A stretch of 64,000 bases of DNA, from assembly GCA_048938105.1 (NCBI GenBank), contig JBHLMN010000001.1:192001-256000 (forward strand), read 5' to 3'. Each line of letters starts with the position of its first letter. Positions within the stretch are counted from its first letter, which is position 1. Of the stretch, positions 40,467 through 50,366 are shown one piece after another. The notes below the pieces were generated by a model. That model was given only the letters and a program-made list of their open reading frames with translations, did not search any database and had not been told where the DNA came from. The stretch comes from Promethearchaeota archaeon. Lineage in GTDB: Archaea; Asgardarchaeota; Heimdallarchaeia; Hodarchaeales; Hodarchaeaceae. Made by a program: the position numbers and the translations under genes.

Positions 40467-41360
40467 CTATGATTCGATAGATAAATAGCTCCTAAGAGAA
40501 TATTTGTCTCCGATTCTATCAAACACCCAATCTGGAATAGTATCAACAAACTGCTTAGCATCTTTTAAATCTTGAGCTGAAAGAATAGTTGGTTCTATAT
40601 TGATATTCCTATCAACTGATAATTTTAATTGCTTAAAGGTTATACCGAGAATTTTGAACATCTTTCTCACTTGATACTCGTCGTTAAGTTCTTCTATGTC
40701 AATATCAATTACTTTTTCAACGTCATATTTCTTTATGAATCTTTGATGTCTTAATTCAGTTTCAAACCAGTACCATAAGCATTTCTGAAAATCAGACATC
40801 GGAGAAATGATTTTTAATTCATTTCTTTTGAAATTAGGATCAAGAAGATAGATATTCTTAGGATCAGGTATCGATCCACGGTTATAAAAGCTTTTAGCGA
40901 CATGTAAGGGATTACGAACCAGATGAATTAGACTTAATTGAGGATTTAATAAGTACATTTCCTCTCCGAAAGATTTTGTGAAAGCATGAGTTGATTCTAA
41001 GTATATTTCTTTTATATCTACTAAAGCAATATATGAGGAAACACGATTCCTCAGGCGTCTCGTAAGTCTTAAGAAAGATTTAGATTGTTTTTTCCCCCGT
41101 CCTAACGTATCTCTTACTAAAGGAAGATTTAACATCTTTCCATATCTTTTCCCCCTCTTTAGACGCGTAATCTTTTTCTTTGCAAGTTTTATTAACTTGT
41201 CCCTCTCAAAATTGTCATACCATCTTATTGGATCACCATAACCCCTTGGATAAGGATCATGTTCAGCAGAAGCATTTTTTGCGTTAGTATTAATGATATT
41301 CGCTAAATATCCTGTACCACTTCTTCCAGTCGTAGATGTGAACACTAATTGAAGATCCAT
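40467..41360 (-). CDS. Sulfotransferase-like protein
   Basis: 5'-PSB TTGRSGT.YL, H[DE]P, 3'-PB IHLVRNP..VAKS. Confidence 0.72.
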   Translation of the reverse strand: MDLQLVFTSTTGRSGTGYLANIINTNAKNASAEHDPYPRGYGDPIRWYDNFERDKLIKLAKKKITRLKRGKRYGKMLNLPLVRDTLGRGKKQSKSFLRLTRRLRNRVSSYIALVDIKEIYLESTHAFTKSFGEEMYLLNPQLSLIHLVRNPLHVAKSFYNRGSIPDPKNIYLLDPNFKRNELKIISPMSDFQKCLWYWFETELRHQRFIKKYDVEKVIDIDIEELNDEYQVRKMFKILGITFKQLKLSVDRNINIEPTILSAQDLKDAKQFVDTIPDWVFDRIGDKYSLRSYLSIES

Positions 41361-41496
41361 AAAATAATTTCACCAGAAAACCAGTCTTAAAGTATGTGAT
41401 TTATATGAATTGTATCTCTTTTGTTCTAATTGTTTGAAATTTCTCTTCTATTTGCATCATACCATTAGTTTCATGAATTAAAACTTCTAACAATTT

Positions 41497-42396
41497 CTAT
41501 TTTAATTTTTTAAGTATTTGAAATAATTTTTCAGGTATTTTTCTAAGCTGATATCGCCGCATAAATTCACGATTTAATTGTTGGGCAGCTGAGAGATGTT
41601 CAGGAATAGGAGAACTGTAATATCCTGCTAGAAATCTTATACTTGCTTTAATTCCGCGATGTTGTAATAACCATAATCTTATAGCTCGTAATACCGCCAC
41701 AATGAAAGGGTATTTCATTGCTCGAACAGCCCGTCCCCAGTTCAGGTAATCAATAGTTCCCTGTGGTTTTCTCATTGAATAAAATCGTACCTTCGGAAAA
41801 TTCTTTACTTTAAAACCCATTCTTCGACTTTGAACAAGACAATCATCCTCCCATCCATATATTACTGGATATTTTTCACCATAGAATTTCCAGAATCGTG
41901 AATCAATCAGGCGACCCGCACCTCGAGCGTGGGTAGGATTAGTCACCATTTGTATATTCTGACCAGAAGCTATAGCTAAAGTAGAATCTTTCTTAAATTC
42001 TAACAACATTTTTTCGATATATCTCTTTTCTAATATGATATCAGCTCCAACGATCATAATATAATCGAATTGATAATTTTTAGCAATATTAAATCCCACG
42101 TTAAAGGTAGTTGCGAGTGCAGGTGTCCCAACAAGACTAACACCATTTTTCCGATGGGGTCTTTGTTGGACAAGTAATTGAAAACTCGGGGTAGTATAAT
42201 TTTGGAGTACTTGTAAAGTATTATCTCTAGATCCATCATCCACAACGATTACTTTTTCTGGTGGGTGAGTTTGTGTTGTAATTGCATCCAGTGTTCTAGC
42301 AATGGATTTTTCTTCGTTACGAGCAGGAATTACAATAAACACTTTTTTAGGAACTTTCAAAGATAATTCCTCAATGAATGGATATAGATGACTCAA
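41497..42396 (-). CDS. Glycosyltransferase family 2
   Basis: VIPARNEE, VVDDGS.D.T, GAD, GWED. Confidence 0.88.
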   Translation of the reverse strand: MSHLYPFIEELSLKVPKKVFIVIPARNEEKSIARTLDAITTQTHPPEKVIVVDDGSRDNTLQVLQNYTTPSFQLLVQQRPHRKNGVSLVGTPALATTFNVGFNIAKNYQFDYIMIVGADIILEKRYIEKMLLEFKKDSTLAIASGQNIQMVTNPTHARGAGRLIDSRFWKFYGEKYPVIYGWEDDCLVQSRRMGFKVKNFPKVRFYSMRKPQGTIDYLNWGRAVRAMKYPFIVAVLRAIRLWLLQHRGIKASIRFLAGYYSSPIPEHLSAAQQLNREFMRRYQLRKIPEKLFQILKKLK

Positions 42397-42448
42397 ATCG
42401 TAATTTTATCAAAGATGGTCGGAAGATAAAAGGCATAGTTGTATATGA

Positions 42449-44284
42449 TTATGGAGGTTTAGATACTATTTCTATCCATACGGAGTATTCCAAAGATGGT
42501 TGGTCTTCAATATTATAATACCAAACCTCGAAATCTCCACTAAAACCCTCTTTTTTAAATTGAGCCTCCTCAAAAACTTTTTGCATTGCACTATTTCTAT
42601 CTGTTTTTCTAAATTGTCCCACAATTTTCTTTATTTTCTTCTTTCTAGCAGCTTTTTGGATGAAAGCAAGCGTGTTATATTCAACTGTTTTTCCCATAGC
42701 CCGACATGAGAAAAGGAAACTGATTAATTTCCATTCTAGAAATTCATTTTCCTCGGTAATAGCAACTCCAATTAGTCCATATTCCCCGTATTTATCCCAT
42801 AAATTTGTTACAAATATCTTATGCTTTTTTGATTTATCAAATTCGATGATTTCTGATTTTTTAAATCTAGTAGTAGTAGCATTAAGCTGGTTAGTTCGCT
42901 GAATAAGCTCCGCTACCCGATCAATATCTCCTTTTGCGGCCTCACGAATCCACAACTTCATTTCAATAGATTTTAAAAACTCCTCCTTATTACCTTCAAA
43001 CGATTTTTCGCTTTTTGTACGCATTTTCTGCTGCTCATACATCTCTGTTCTTTTTATGGATTCAGATGTTATAAATCCAGGATCGAACTCAGGAAGGCGT
43101 AATGCATCTAATATAGCAGTTTCAGGATATACGGAGATTTGTGGATAAATCATTTCAACTTGATCTCTTTCAAAGGGGCTATCATCAAAGAAAGCTAGAT
43201 TTTCTATGTTGATATTTAAGTCATCAGCAATCTCTTGGAGTGATTGGACTTTATTATTCCAATTGATTCTTTTGATGGTGAAAATATCAAAGTCCTCACC
43301 CAACAGCTCATTAATTAATGGTTCAACTCCAGGTTCGTTTTTTGAGGCAATAGCAAGTATTATACCCCGTTTTTGTAGAAGTTTAAGTATTGTTATACGA
43401 TTATGATAAATACTCACCCCTTCAAGACCATCATCTTGAATAATACCGTCCCATAAGGTGTTGTCTAAGTCAACAACAACACATTTTATTTTTTTGCCTA
43501 TCTTATAATAGACTTGCAGAATACTGAGGAACTCATCACCTAGGATTGTACCCCCTGTTCGAGTGATGTGTTCATGAATACCATCTGCGTCTGAGCGGCG
43601 GATATATTGGTCTTTCCCTACCTTAGCTAATACCTCATCGACATCCAAGATGAAAACGTCTGAAAATTCTTTTGTTATCTCATAGAAAATTAAGTTCAAC
43701 CTATTAGAAAATTCAACTAAGGAATAACTGTTTTTAATCGATTGGTACTCAAATTTACCCAACGCAGGACGATAAGCTATTGGATAAGTAAAAATGATAA
43801 TTGGACCAGTTATTCCTTTTTCTCGAAGTAGTTTTATTGTTTCTCTGAAAGTCGTTTTTATTTCTTGTAGTTGTTCTTCTTGATCACTATATTTCACTTG
43901 TTTTAATTGTAATATTTGAAAATAGCTTCTGATTTGTTGGTTATGCGATAAAATCACGATATCAGGGTTGAAACCCCAAATTTCGCTCTTATCATCTTGA
44001 ACTTCAAATAATGGATTAGAAGAAGCTCCATAATCAAATGTGTGCAATGTATTAAAATCAATATTGCTTTCAACGTACTCTTTTAAGAAAGAAAGCTCAC
44101 AGCCTCCTATAAAAAATAGCTTTTTGCCTTTAAGGGCCAGTTTTAAATCAGGAGCATATGATACGATCTCGCTTTTCTTCCTCGTCTCAGATGTCTGACG
44201 TATCATAGCTAGAACTCGGTTACGGAATTTCCGATTTCTAAGAAAACGTACAAAGTAACTGAGTATCTGTTTTGTTTGGCCCAT
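42449..44284 (-). CDS. FkbH-like HAD-IIIC protein (glyceryl transferase/phosphatase) with C-terminal GNAT-like domain
   Basis: VVDLDNTLW.G, ASKN, INW..K, FFDDSPFER, RTNQ.N, DKYG.YG, FSCR. ATG at 44284 overlaps the upstream TAA. Confidence 0.9.
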   Translation of the reverse strand: MGQTKQILSYFVRFLRNRKFRNRVLAMIRQTSETRKKSEIVSYAPDLKLALKGKKLFFIGGCELSFLKEYVESNIDFNTLHTFDYGASSNPLFEVQDDKSEIWGFNPDIVILSHNQQIRSYFQILQLKQVKYSDQEEQLQEIKTTFRETIKLLREKGITGPIIIFTYPIAYRPALGKFEYQSIKNSYSLVEFSNRLNLIFYEITKEFSDVFILDVDEVLAKVGKDQYIRRSDADGIHEHITRTGGTILGDEFLSILQVYYKIGKKIKCVVVDLDNTLWDGIIQDDGLEGVSIYHNRITILKLLQKRGIILAIASKNEPGVEPLINELLGEDFDIFTIKRINWNNKVQSLQEIADDLNINIENLAFFDDSPFERDQVEMIYPQISVYPETAILDALRLPEFDPGFITSESIKRTEMYEQQKMRTKSEKSFEGNKEEFLKSIEMKLWIREAAKGDIDRVAELIQRTNQLNATTTRFKKSEIIEFDKSKKHKIFVTNLWDKYGEYGLIGVAITEENEFLEWKLISFLFSCRAMGKTVEYNTLAFIQKAARKKKIKKIVGQFRKTDRNSAMQKVFEEAQFKKEGFSGDFEVWYYNIEDQPSLEYSVWIEIVSKPP

Positions 44285-45222
44285 TAAAACCACCAATCTG
44301 GATGAATTAATATTTGAACTAATGAACCAGTGGTTATTTTGTCCACTACTTTGAGTTTTTCCATAAAAGTTTCTTTTTTATTATTTTTTGATTCAAAGTG
44401 ATGAAAACCACCTGCTTCTGATAAGTACTGATCATATGGAAGTTGATAGGAGGATTTCAACTCTAATGATTTCAAATCAACTAGTCTTTCAGAAACTAAG
44501 CGTCTATTGCGATATTTGTCTCCGTGAGCTGCAATCATTCGAATAGGATAAATTGACCGAAATTCTTCTACTTCCTCTAAGAATAATTTTGTAGCTTTTG
44601 TAAGATCTCCTTTTGCCTTTGTAATACTCTCATAATGAAAGCCTACAGAAAAGAGTGAGCTACTATGAAGATAATATATGAATTCCTTCGCTTCGTCGAA
44701 TGAATAACGTTCAGCACTATTCCTAAGATAATAACATGAAGGAATTTCTAATTTTTCTTCTTCTTCTAACATTCTTTTCGCCCTAATTAAACTAATATCA
44801 ACATCATGTCTTATTAGGACTAGAACATGATCTGGATCCTTCTGTGGTCTGTCAAGCCATTCATTAATGCCGATTATACGAAATTTAGGGTTATTCTTCA
44901 ATCTTCGGAGAAATTCTAAATAATACTTTAAACGATAAGAGGCATACCATCTCCAATAAATAGTAAATTGAACTCCAAAATAAAGTAGAAATAAGCCCAA
45001 AATAAGTGGAAGCAATATATTATTGCCAAATAAATAAATTAATCCATAACTACTAGTAACAAAACCACTAAGGACGAAAATGGGATAGAAAGGAAGAAAA
45101 TCAAAAAGAATTGTAGCAAAACGATAATTTTTAAAATAAACGAACCATAGAAACACACTACCCGCTAATGCAGTTATTAATATAAAGAATACCACTACTT
45201 TGTCGAGCATCGAATAAGTCAC
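44284..45222 (-). CDS. Membrane-anchored polysaccharide deacetylase-like protein
   Basis: Three N-terminal TM segments, then RHDVD, GFHYE, AHG and LIHPDWW. Confidence 0.65.
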   Translation of the reverse strand: MTYSMLDKVVVFFILITALAGSVFLWFVYFKNYRFATILFDFLPFYPIFVLSGFVTSSYGLIYLFGNNILLPLILGLFLLYFGVQFTIYWRWYASYRLKYYLEFLRRLKNNPKFRIIGINEWLDRPQKDPDHVLVLIRHDVDISLIRAKRMLEEEEKLEIPSCYYLRNSAERYSFDEAKEFIYYLHSSSLFSVGFHYESITKAKGDLTKATKLFLEEVEEFRSIYPIRMIAAHGDKYRNRRLVSERLVDLKSLELKSSYQLPYDQYLSEAGGFHHFESKNNKKETFMEKLKVVDKITTGSLVQILIHPDWWF

Positions 45223-45321
45223 TTTATTTTCGATAAATTCAATCGTTATTAAAGTTAGTAAATTTCGGATTTTGGAATTTATCTACTTTAACTCTTCTTT
45301 TGTTAAGCATTGAAATTTTAC

Positions 45322-46185
45322 CTAAAGATGAAAGAAGAATCTCCAACCAAAATATTTCCGAACTTCCTTATCTCTCAATTGCCATTTCTCTTTTCTTGCA
45401 TGCCAATATCCTTTCAAGATTTTCATTCCTCCTTTACCTGCTAAGATCACTTTCAGTAAAAGAAGAATGGGATTATAGCCGAAATGATATGTTAAACGTC
45501 CATTTCGATAAAGATCTCTCTTAACTACACGAGTAGTAGGACGACTTGTATAAAAGTAAGTTTCATCTATTTGAGGGGTTTTGAATTTTCGAATTTTTGC
45601 TTTTGTGTTTATCCAAGTATCCCAAGTGACGTCAGGAAAGAGAGTTTGATCAATCGTTCTTAATAATGATGTTCGGATAACTTTACCTGTGCCCCGAGCA
45701 TCTTTTCTGCCCACCTTAGCCCCTATATTTATCTGTTCTTGATACTTTTCTGATGCAATACTAACTATAAGAGCACCTGAAGCACAGGCAATATTTGGAT
45801 TCAACTCCATCTTTTGAGTAATTATTTCATAATATTTTGGGTCTAGTTTGGCATCAACATCTAAAACTGAGACATAATCATAATCACAATCCTTTATCTT
45901 TACCCATGCCTTTTTTAATCCTTTTCCCAAGGTATCCAAATCGGGTTCTTCTTTCAAAGGCATGCGTAAAGGTTCTATGTTTAATTCAGAGTATTTAACA
46001 GCTAATCTTTTTATTTCTCTCAGAACTTTAGGATTTGGTGACCCATCGTCAATAATTATTATTCGTGTGGGTTTAAGGCTTTGTTCATGTAAAGATTGAA
46101 CAAGGTCTTCCAGCTCATCATATTCATTATAAACTTGTACAAAGACACATACTGTTTTTACATTAGTGGCTGTTATTATCTTCAC
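45322..46185 (-). CDS. Glycosyltransferase family 2
   Basis: VYNE, IIDDGS, LDVD (DxD), ARG.G, WD. Confidence 0.85.
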   Translation of the reverse strand: MKIITATNVKTVCVFVQVYNEYDELEDLVQSLHEQSLKPTRIIIIDDGSPNPKVLREIKRLAVKYSELNIEPLRMPLKEEPDLDTLGKGLKKAWVKIKDCDYDYVSVLDVDAKLDPKYYEIITQKMELNPNIACASGALIVSIASEKYQEQINIGAKVGRKDARGTGKVIRTSLLRTIDQTLFPDVTWDTWINTKAKIRKFKTPQIDETYFYTSRPTTRVVKRDLYRNGRLTYHFGYNPILLLLKVILAGKGGMKILKGYWHARKEKWQLRDKEVRKYFGWRFFFHL

Positions 46186-47182
46186 CTTTCGGGAATATCA
46201 GATTTTTTTGTTCATTCTTTAGTGTTTTAATGTTCCAGAAAAGAAAAACCAATCCAATACCGACTCCAAACCATAAAGTTGTGAATCGAATTAATAAGGT
46301 TAATGCTACTGATAAGGTGTACTCAATTTCTAATAAATCTATTACAAAGAATTCTAAACCCCCCTCCATTAATCCTAATCCTCCAGGTAGAAAGGATATC
46401 GCCCCTAGGATGGATGAAGTAGCATAGATAAATGTAGCCATTTGAAAACTCATAGAAATATTCAGGCTTTGAGCTATTAACATAAATGCTAAGCACTCAC
46501 ATGACCATCCAATAATACCTAAGATTGTTGCTACCAAAAAAGTCGTATAATGTAAAGTCATCAATACATCTGTTCGAAATTGATCAATATTCTTGCCAAT
46601 AAAATCCCAAGGACCAATGCGAAATATCACCGAAAAAACATGATAGAGGGGATCAAACAAAAAAACAACAACACTAAACATTACAACCAATAATATCACT
46701 AGGATGATTGGTAAATATGCTGATTCAAGCCCTAAGACCAAGATTCCAATTATTGATAATAATGTGACTGCTAATAAATCAATTAATCTTTCTGAAAATG
46801 TTGAAGCAAGCCCTTTAGAAAGCTCAATATTGTTACTTTTTCTTAAAAGGAACGCTCTTATCGCTTCACCAGCTTTCGCTGGAGTTATTGCCAAGGAAAG
46901 TCCTGCAAAAAACACTTTGAAGTTATACCAGAAAGGAATAGTCAGATTGAGGCTTCTGGTAAATAGATTCCACTTTAAAAATCGAAAAAGATAATTAACA
47001 AAACTCAATCCTAATGCAATTAGAATAATTGATATAGGTATAAAAGTCAAGTAATTCAACAACTGTTCCCAATTACTTACTAAAATTAGAATCAAATAAA
47101 CTAAAATGCCTAAAATTAGCCCGAAAGAAAAGTTTTTAAAGTTCAATGCTTTCCTTAACTGTATTTCATTCACTGACCTCAC
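46163..47182 (-). CDS. Lysylphosphatidylglycerol-synthase TM domain (UPF0104) flippase-like protein
   Basis: RF.KW, TPAKAGE..R, ER..D, PGGLG..E, R..TLW. Confidence 0.85.
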   Translation of the reverse strand: MRSVNEIQLRKALNFKNFSFGLILGILVYLILILVSNWEQLLNYLTFIPISIILIALGLSFVNYLFRFLKWNLFTRSLNLTIPFWYNFKVFFAGLSLAITPAKAGEAIRAFLLRKSNNIELSKGLASTFSERLIDLLAVTLLSIIGILVLGLESAYLPIILVILLVVMFSVVVFLFDPLYHVFSVIFRIGPWDFIGKNIDQFRTDVLMTLHYTTFLVATILGIIGWSCECLAFMLIAQSLNISMSFQMATFIYATSSILGAISFLPGGLGLMEGGLEFFVIDLLEIEYTLSVALTLLIRFTTLWFGVGIGLVFLFWNIKTLKNEQKNLIFPKGEDNNSH

Positions 47183-47231
47183 TAATTCCAGCTCACAGAC
47201 TTTTTTACCTAAAAGAGAAAGATTTCCGCAA

Positions 47232-48293
47232 TTAATAGACCAATAACTTGTTTAAACGTGGATGATGTGCGAGTTCTTCTATCACTTGTTTTACATTTCG
47301 GGCTTTATGTTTGTGACAAACGAATACACAATCATCGGTATCGATAACTACTAAATTTGAAATTCCTAACGCTATTACTGGTTTTTCTCCGAGAATCACA
47401 CATTTCTTCACATCTATTCCCAGAAAATCTCCTTGAATAATGTTTCCATCGGAATCTGATTCTAAGATGCAGTCTAAAGAATCCCATGTACCTATATCGT
47501 CCCATGGAAAATCTCCTCTCACAACTACTAAATCGGATGTTTTCTCCATAACACCATAATCAATAGAGACTTTTGGAAGGGATAGAAACACGTTGTACGC
47601 TTCCTTTTCATTAAATTCTGACTTCCGTATTTTTTCTAAGGCTTGATAAAGAGTCGGCATATATTCACGAATTTTTTCATATAGCACAGAAGGTTTAACA
47701 ATAAACATACCAGAATTCCATAAATACCCCTGTTTAATATATTCTTGGGCTTTAATTTCATCTGGTTTTTCCTTGAAGCTCTCAACGTTATAAACTGGAA
47801 TAGGAGTTTGAACAATCTCTTTTCCAGGACTGATGTATCCAAAACGAGTTTCATTACGACTTGGTTTTATTCCAATCGTTGAAATTTTTCCTTTTTTAGC
47901 TAATTGAACCGCGGTTTTTACAACTTCTTTGAAGTGGCTTATATCTGGTAAATGATAATCCGCTCCCATAAATAAAATTGCTTCATCTTTATTTTCGTGA
48001 AGAAATTGAGCGCAAACATAACCCATACCTGCTGCAGAATCACGACCCATTGGTTCTACTATCATTCTTACTTGTGGTAGTTGTTCTTGGATAATTGGTA
48101 AAAATTCTCTTCGTATAGACACTGATGTGTTCTTCTCTCCGGCAATTTGACAAGCAATCTTGAAAGTTCGTTGAATCAAAGATTCTTTTCCATCAAGAGA
48201 GATGAATTGTTTAGGTTTATTCTTACGTGATTTTGGCCATAACCGCTCTCCTCCTCCCCCAGCTAAAATTACTATATAAACCACTGGTTTCAC
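47232..48293 (-). CDS. manC: Mannose-1-phosphate guanylyltransferase
   Basis: ILAGG.G.RLWP.SR...PKQF, EP.GRD, FGYI, F.EKP, WNSGMF, SIDYGVMEK, W.D.G.W. Confidence 0.93.
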   Translation of the reverse strand: MKPVVYIVILAGGGGERLWPKSRKNKPKQFISLDGKESLIQRTFKIACQIAGEKNTSVSIRREFLPIIQEQLPQVRMIVEPMGRDSAAGMGYVCAQFLHENKDEAILFMGADYHLPDISHFKEVVKTAVQLAKKGKISTIGIKPSRNETRFGYISPGKEIVQTPIPVYNVESFKEKPDEIKAQEYIKQGYLWNSGMFIVKPSVLYEKIREYMPTLYQALEKIRKSEFNEKEAYNVFLSLPKVSIDYGVMEKTSDLVVVRGDFPWDDIGTWDSLDCILESDSDGNIIQGDFLGIDVKKCVILGEKPVIALGISNLVVIDTDDCVFVCHKHKARNVKQVIEELAHHPRLNKLLVY

Positions 48294-48407
48294 CTTATTC
48301 TTACAGAAATGTCAGATATTTTCCTTTCTTTTTTTAAAATTGCCATTGAATTCATTGAGAGCTAATCAATATTTTGATCACTCCAATTTTACTCCTCAAG
48401 CTAATTT

Positions 48408-48782
48408 TCAAAGAATATGAAGATTTACTAGTCGGATCAGCTCTTTAGAACTAAAAGGTTTAGTGATATATTCAACAGCTCCAGCTTGTAGTCCTAATTC
48501 TATATCATGACTTAGAACCTTGGCAGAAAAAATGATAATTGGAATATGTTTGTATTTTTCATCCTTCTTCAGATGGTGACATACATCAAGTCCAGATAAT
48601 CCGCCAGGCATTTTAATGTCTAATAATATTAAATTAGGCATCTTCTGAACTTCTTTAAGGGCTTCTTTTCCATTTGATGCTTCCCAAATTTCGAATCCTT
48701 CATATTCTAAAATTGTACGGAGTAGCCCGAGTGTATCGACTTCATCATCGACGACTAAAATGCTCTTTTTTCCGCTAGGCAT
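48408..48782 (-). CDS. Stand-alone response regulator receiver protein
   Basis: ILVVDDE, LLDIKMP (phospho-Asp), SA, KPF. Start reassigned to MPSGKK. Confidence 0.9.
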   Translation of the reverse strand: MPSGKKSILVVDDEVDTLGLLRTILEYEGFEIWEASNGKEALKEVQKMPNLILLDIKMPGGLSGLDVCHHLKKDEKYKHIPIIIFSAKVLSHDIELGLQAGAVEYITKPFSSKELIRLVNLHIL

Positions 48783-48870
48783 TGTTAAAAACCGAATTGA
48801 GTATTTTTTTCGGAAACACGAGTAAATATAATTCACTTTTAAAAAGGGTATATACATAATATCAAAGCTT

Positions 48871-48975
48871 AGGAATCTCAAACTCAACTAAGAGGAGGTG
48901 TTTGAAGAGATTATTTCACTCTTGCATCGTTATTCTATTAAGCTTTATAGAAAATAGCGAATTAAAACCTTGAAA
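48871..48975 (+). pseudogene. Degenerate fragment of an IS607 TnpA C-terminus
   Basis: Translates RNLKLN*EEVFEEIISLLHRYSIKLYRK*, compared with EQEIFQEIISLLHCYTMSMYSTRR in the intact TnpA of this window. Confidence 0.75.
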
Positions 48976-49205
48976 TTGAACTCAGTTCAACTCCTAGCTG
49001 ACAGAGCTGAAGAAATAGTACCTATGGATTAAAAAAAACAGGAATGACCTGAATAGTTTTCTTTTAAAAGGTTGATTTCTTAGATGGTTATAAAAAAGTG
49101 TCTGATTTTTTCTTGATCAATAGTTACTCCTCAGGAAAAACCTAGCTATTCTGAAAGTCATCAAAAGGGATATTACTTGACTAAAAAAGATGTTGTGTAG
49201 ATATG

Positions 49206-50366
49206 TTAACAGAGAAGATTATATAATGTCCCACGTTCACATGAAGTTCTTTGAAGTTGATGAATACTCATCTGAAATTTTTCAGGAGTAGCAAGCTGTC
49301 CAAATACTCCACCAGCAGAACGAGTGATATTTTCCTCAAATAATGTTCCGCCAAAATCATTACAACCAGTTGTTAATGTGATTTGAGCCATTGGAAACCC
49401 TAATTTTACCCAAGACGTTTGAATGTTCTTAAATAAATCTCCTAAATACAATCTGGAGACAGCATAGAATTTTATATAGTCCAAACTACTTAATTCATGA
49501 AAAGAATGAGTCTGCTTTAATTGTGTATTTTCCGCAATGAATGGGAGAGGAATGAATTCTGTAAAACCATTGGTTTTTTCCTGTATCATTCGTAATATTG
49601 AGAGATGACGAACCCAATGATGATAATTTTCAATATGACCAAAAAGAATTGTGGCTGTTGTAGGAATCCCCAGCTGATGAGATAATTCTATAGTATGAAT
49701 CCATTCAGAACTACTCAATTTATGAGGACATATGATTTTTCGAATATTATCATCTAGAATCTCGGCTGCTGTTCCAGGTACGGATCCTAGTCCCTGTTTT
49801 TTGAATTCCAGCAAAACATCTTCAACATCTTCTTCTATAGAATTAGCTGCATGAGTAATTTCTTGAGGAGAAAACGCATGAATATGAAGAGTAGGATCAA
49901 TCTCTTTCAGATTCTGAAGGATTTCAATGTATGCATTAAAATTCACTGCAGGATGAATCCCTCCTTGAACACAGACCTCTGTTATGTGATAAGGATAGGT
50001 CTCCTCAATTTTTTTTCTGAGGCCCTCCATTGAAATATCGAAATATCCATCTTTTGAATTAGGAGGTACAGAATATGCACAAAACAAACAGTTATTTGAA
50101 CATACATTAGTAAAGTTAATATTACGGTTAACAACATATGTTACTATAGATCCTACCTGACGTTCCCTTATTATGTCAGCTACCTGACCTAAAAGATGAA
50201 TTTCATGTCCCTGTGCTGAAAGTAAAATGTATAATTGTTCAACTGTAGGAATCTCATCGTTAAGTATTTGTTTCAATACATTACGGAGTTCTCTTCTAGC
50301 TTTTCTTAGATCAAGCTCCTCCTGATCAGCTAGTTTCGCCGTTTTACTTAACCATCCTTGTCTCAA
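49206..50366 (-). CDS. cofH: FO synthase subunit 2 (radical SAM)
   Basis: VTYVVNRNINFTNVC...C.FCA, QGG, HAFSP.E, PGTAAEIL, EFIPLPF, NIQ.SW, ND.GGT..EE.I. Confidence 0.92.
   Translation of the reverse strand: MRQGWLSKTAKLADQEELDLRKARRELRNVLKQILNDEIPTVEQLYILLSAQGHEIHLLGQVADIIRERQVGSIVTYVVNRNINFTNVCSNNCLFCAYSVPPNSKDGYFDISMEGLRKKIEETYPYHITEVCVQGGIHPAVNFNAYIEILQNLKEIDPTLHIHAFSPQEITHAANSIEEDVEDVLLEFKKQGLGSVPGTAAEILDDNIRKIICPHKLSSSEWIHTIELSHQLGIPTTATILFGHIENYHHWVRHLSILRMIQEKTNGFTEFIPLPFIAENTQLKQTHSFHELSSLDYIKFYAVSRLYLGDLFKNIQTSWVKLGFPMAQITLTTGCNDFGGTLFEENITRSAGGVFGQLATPEKFQMSIHQLQRTSCERGTLYNLLC

Noticed and set aside
48783-48887. 35-aa N-terminal extension of the response regulator in the ORF track
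   Set aside because: It starts at a TTG inside the IS scar. The receiver fold begins at the ATG at 48782.
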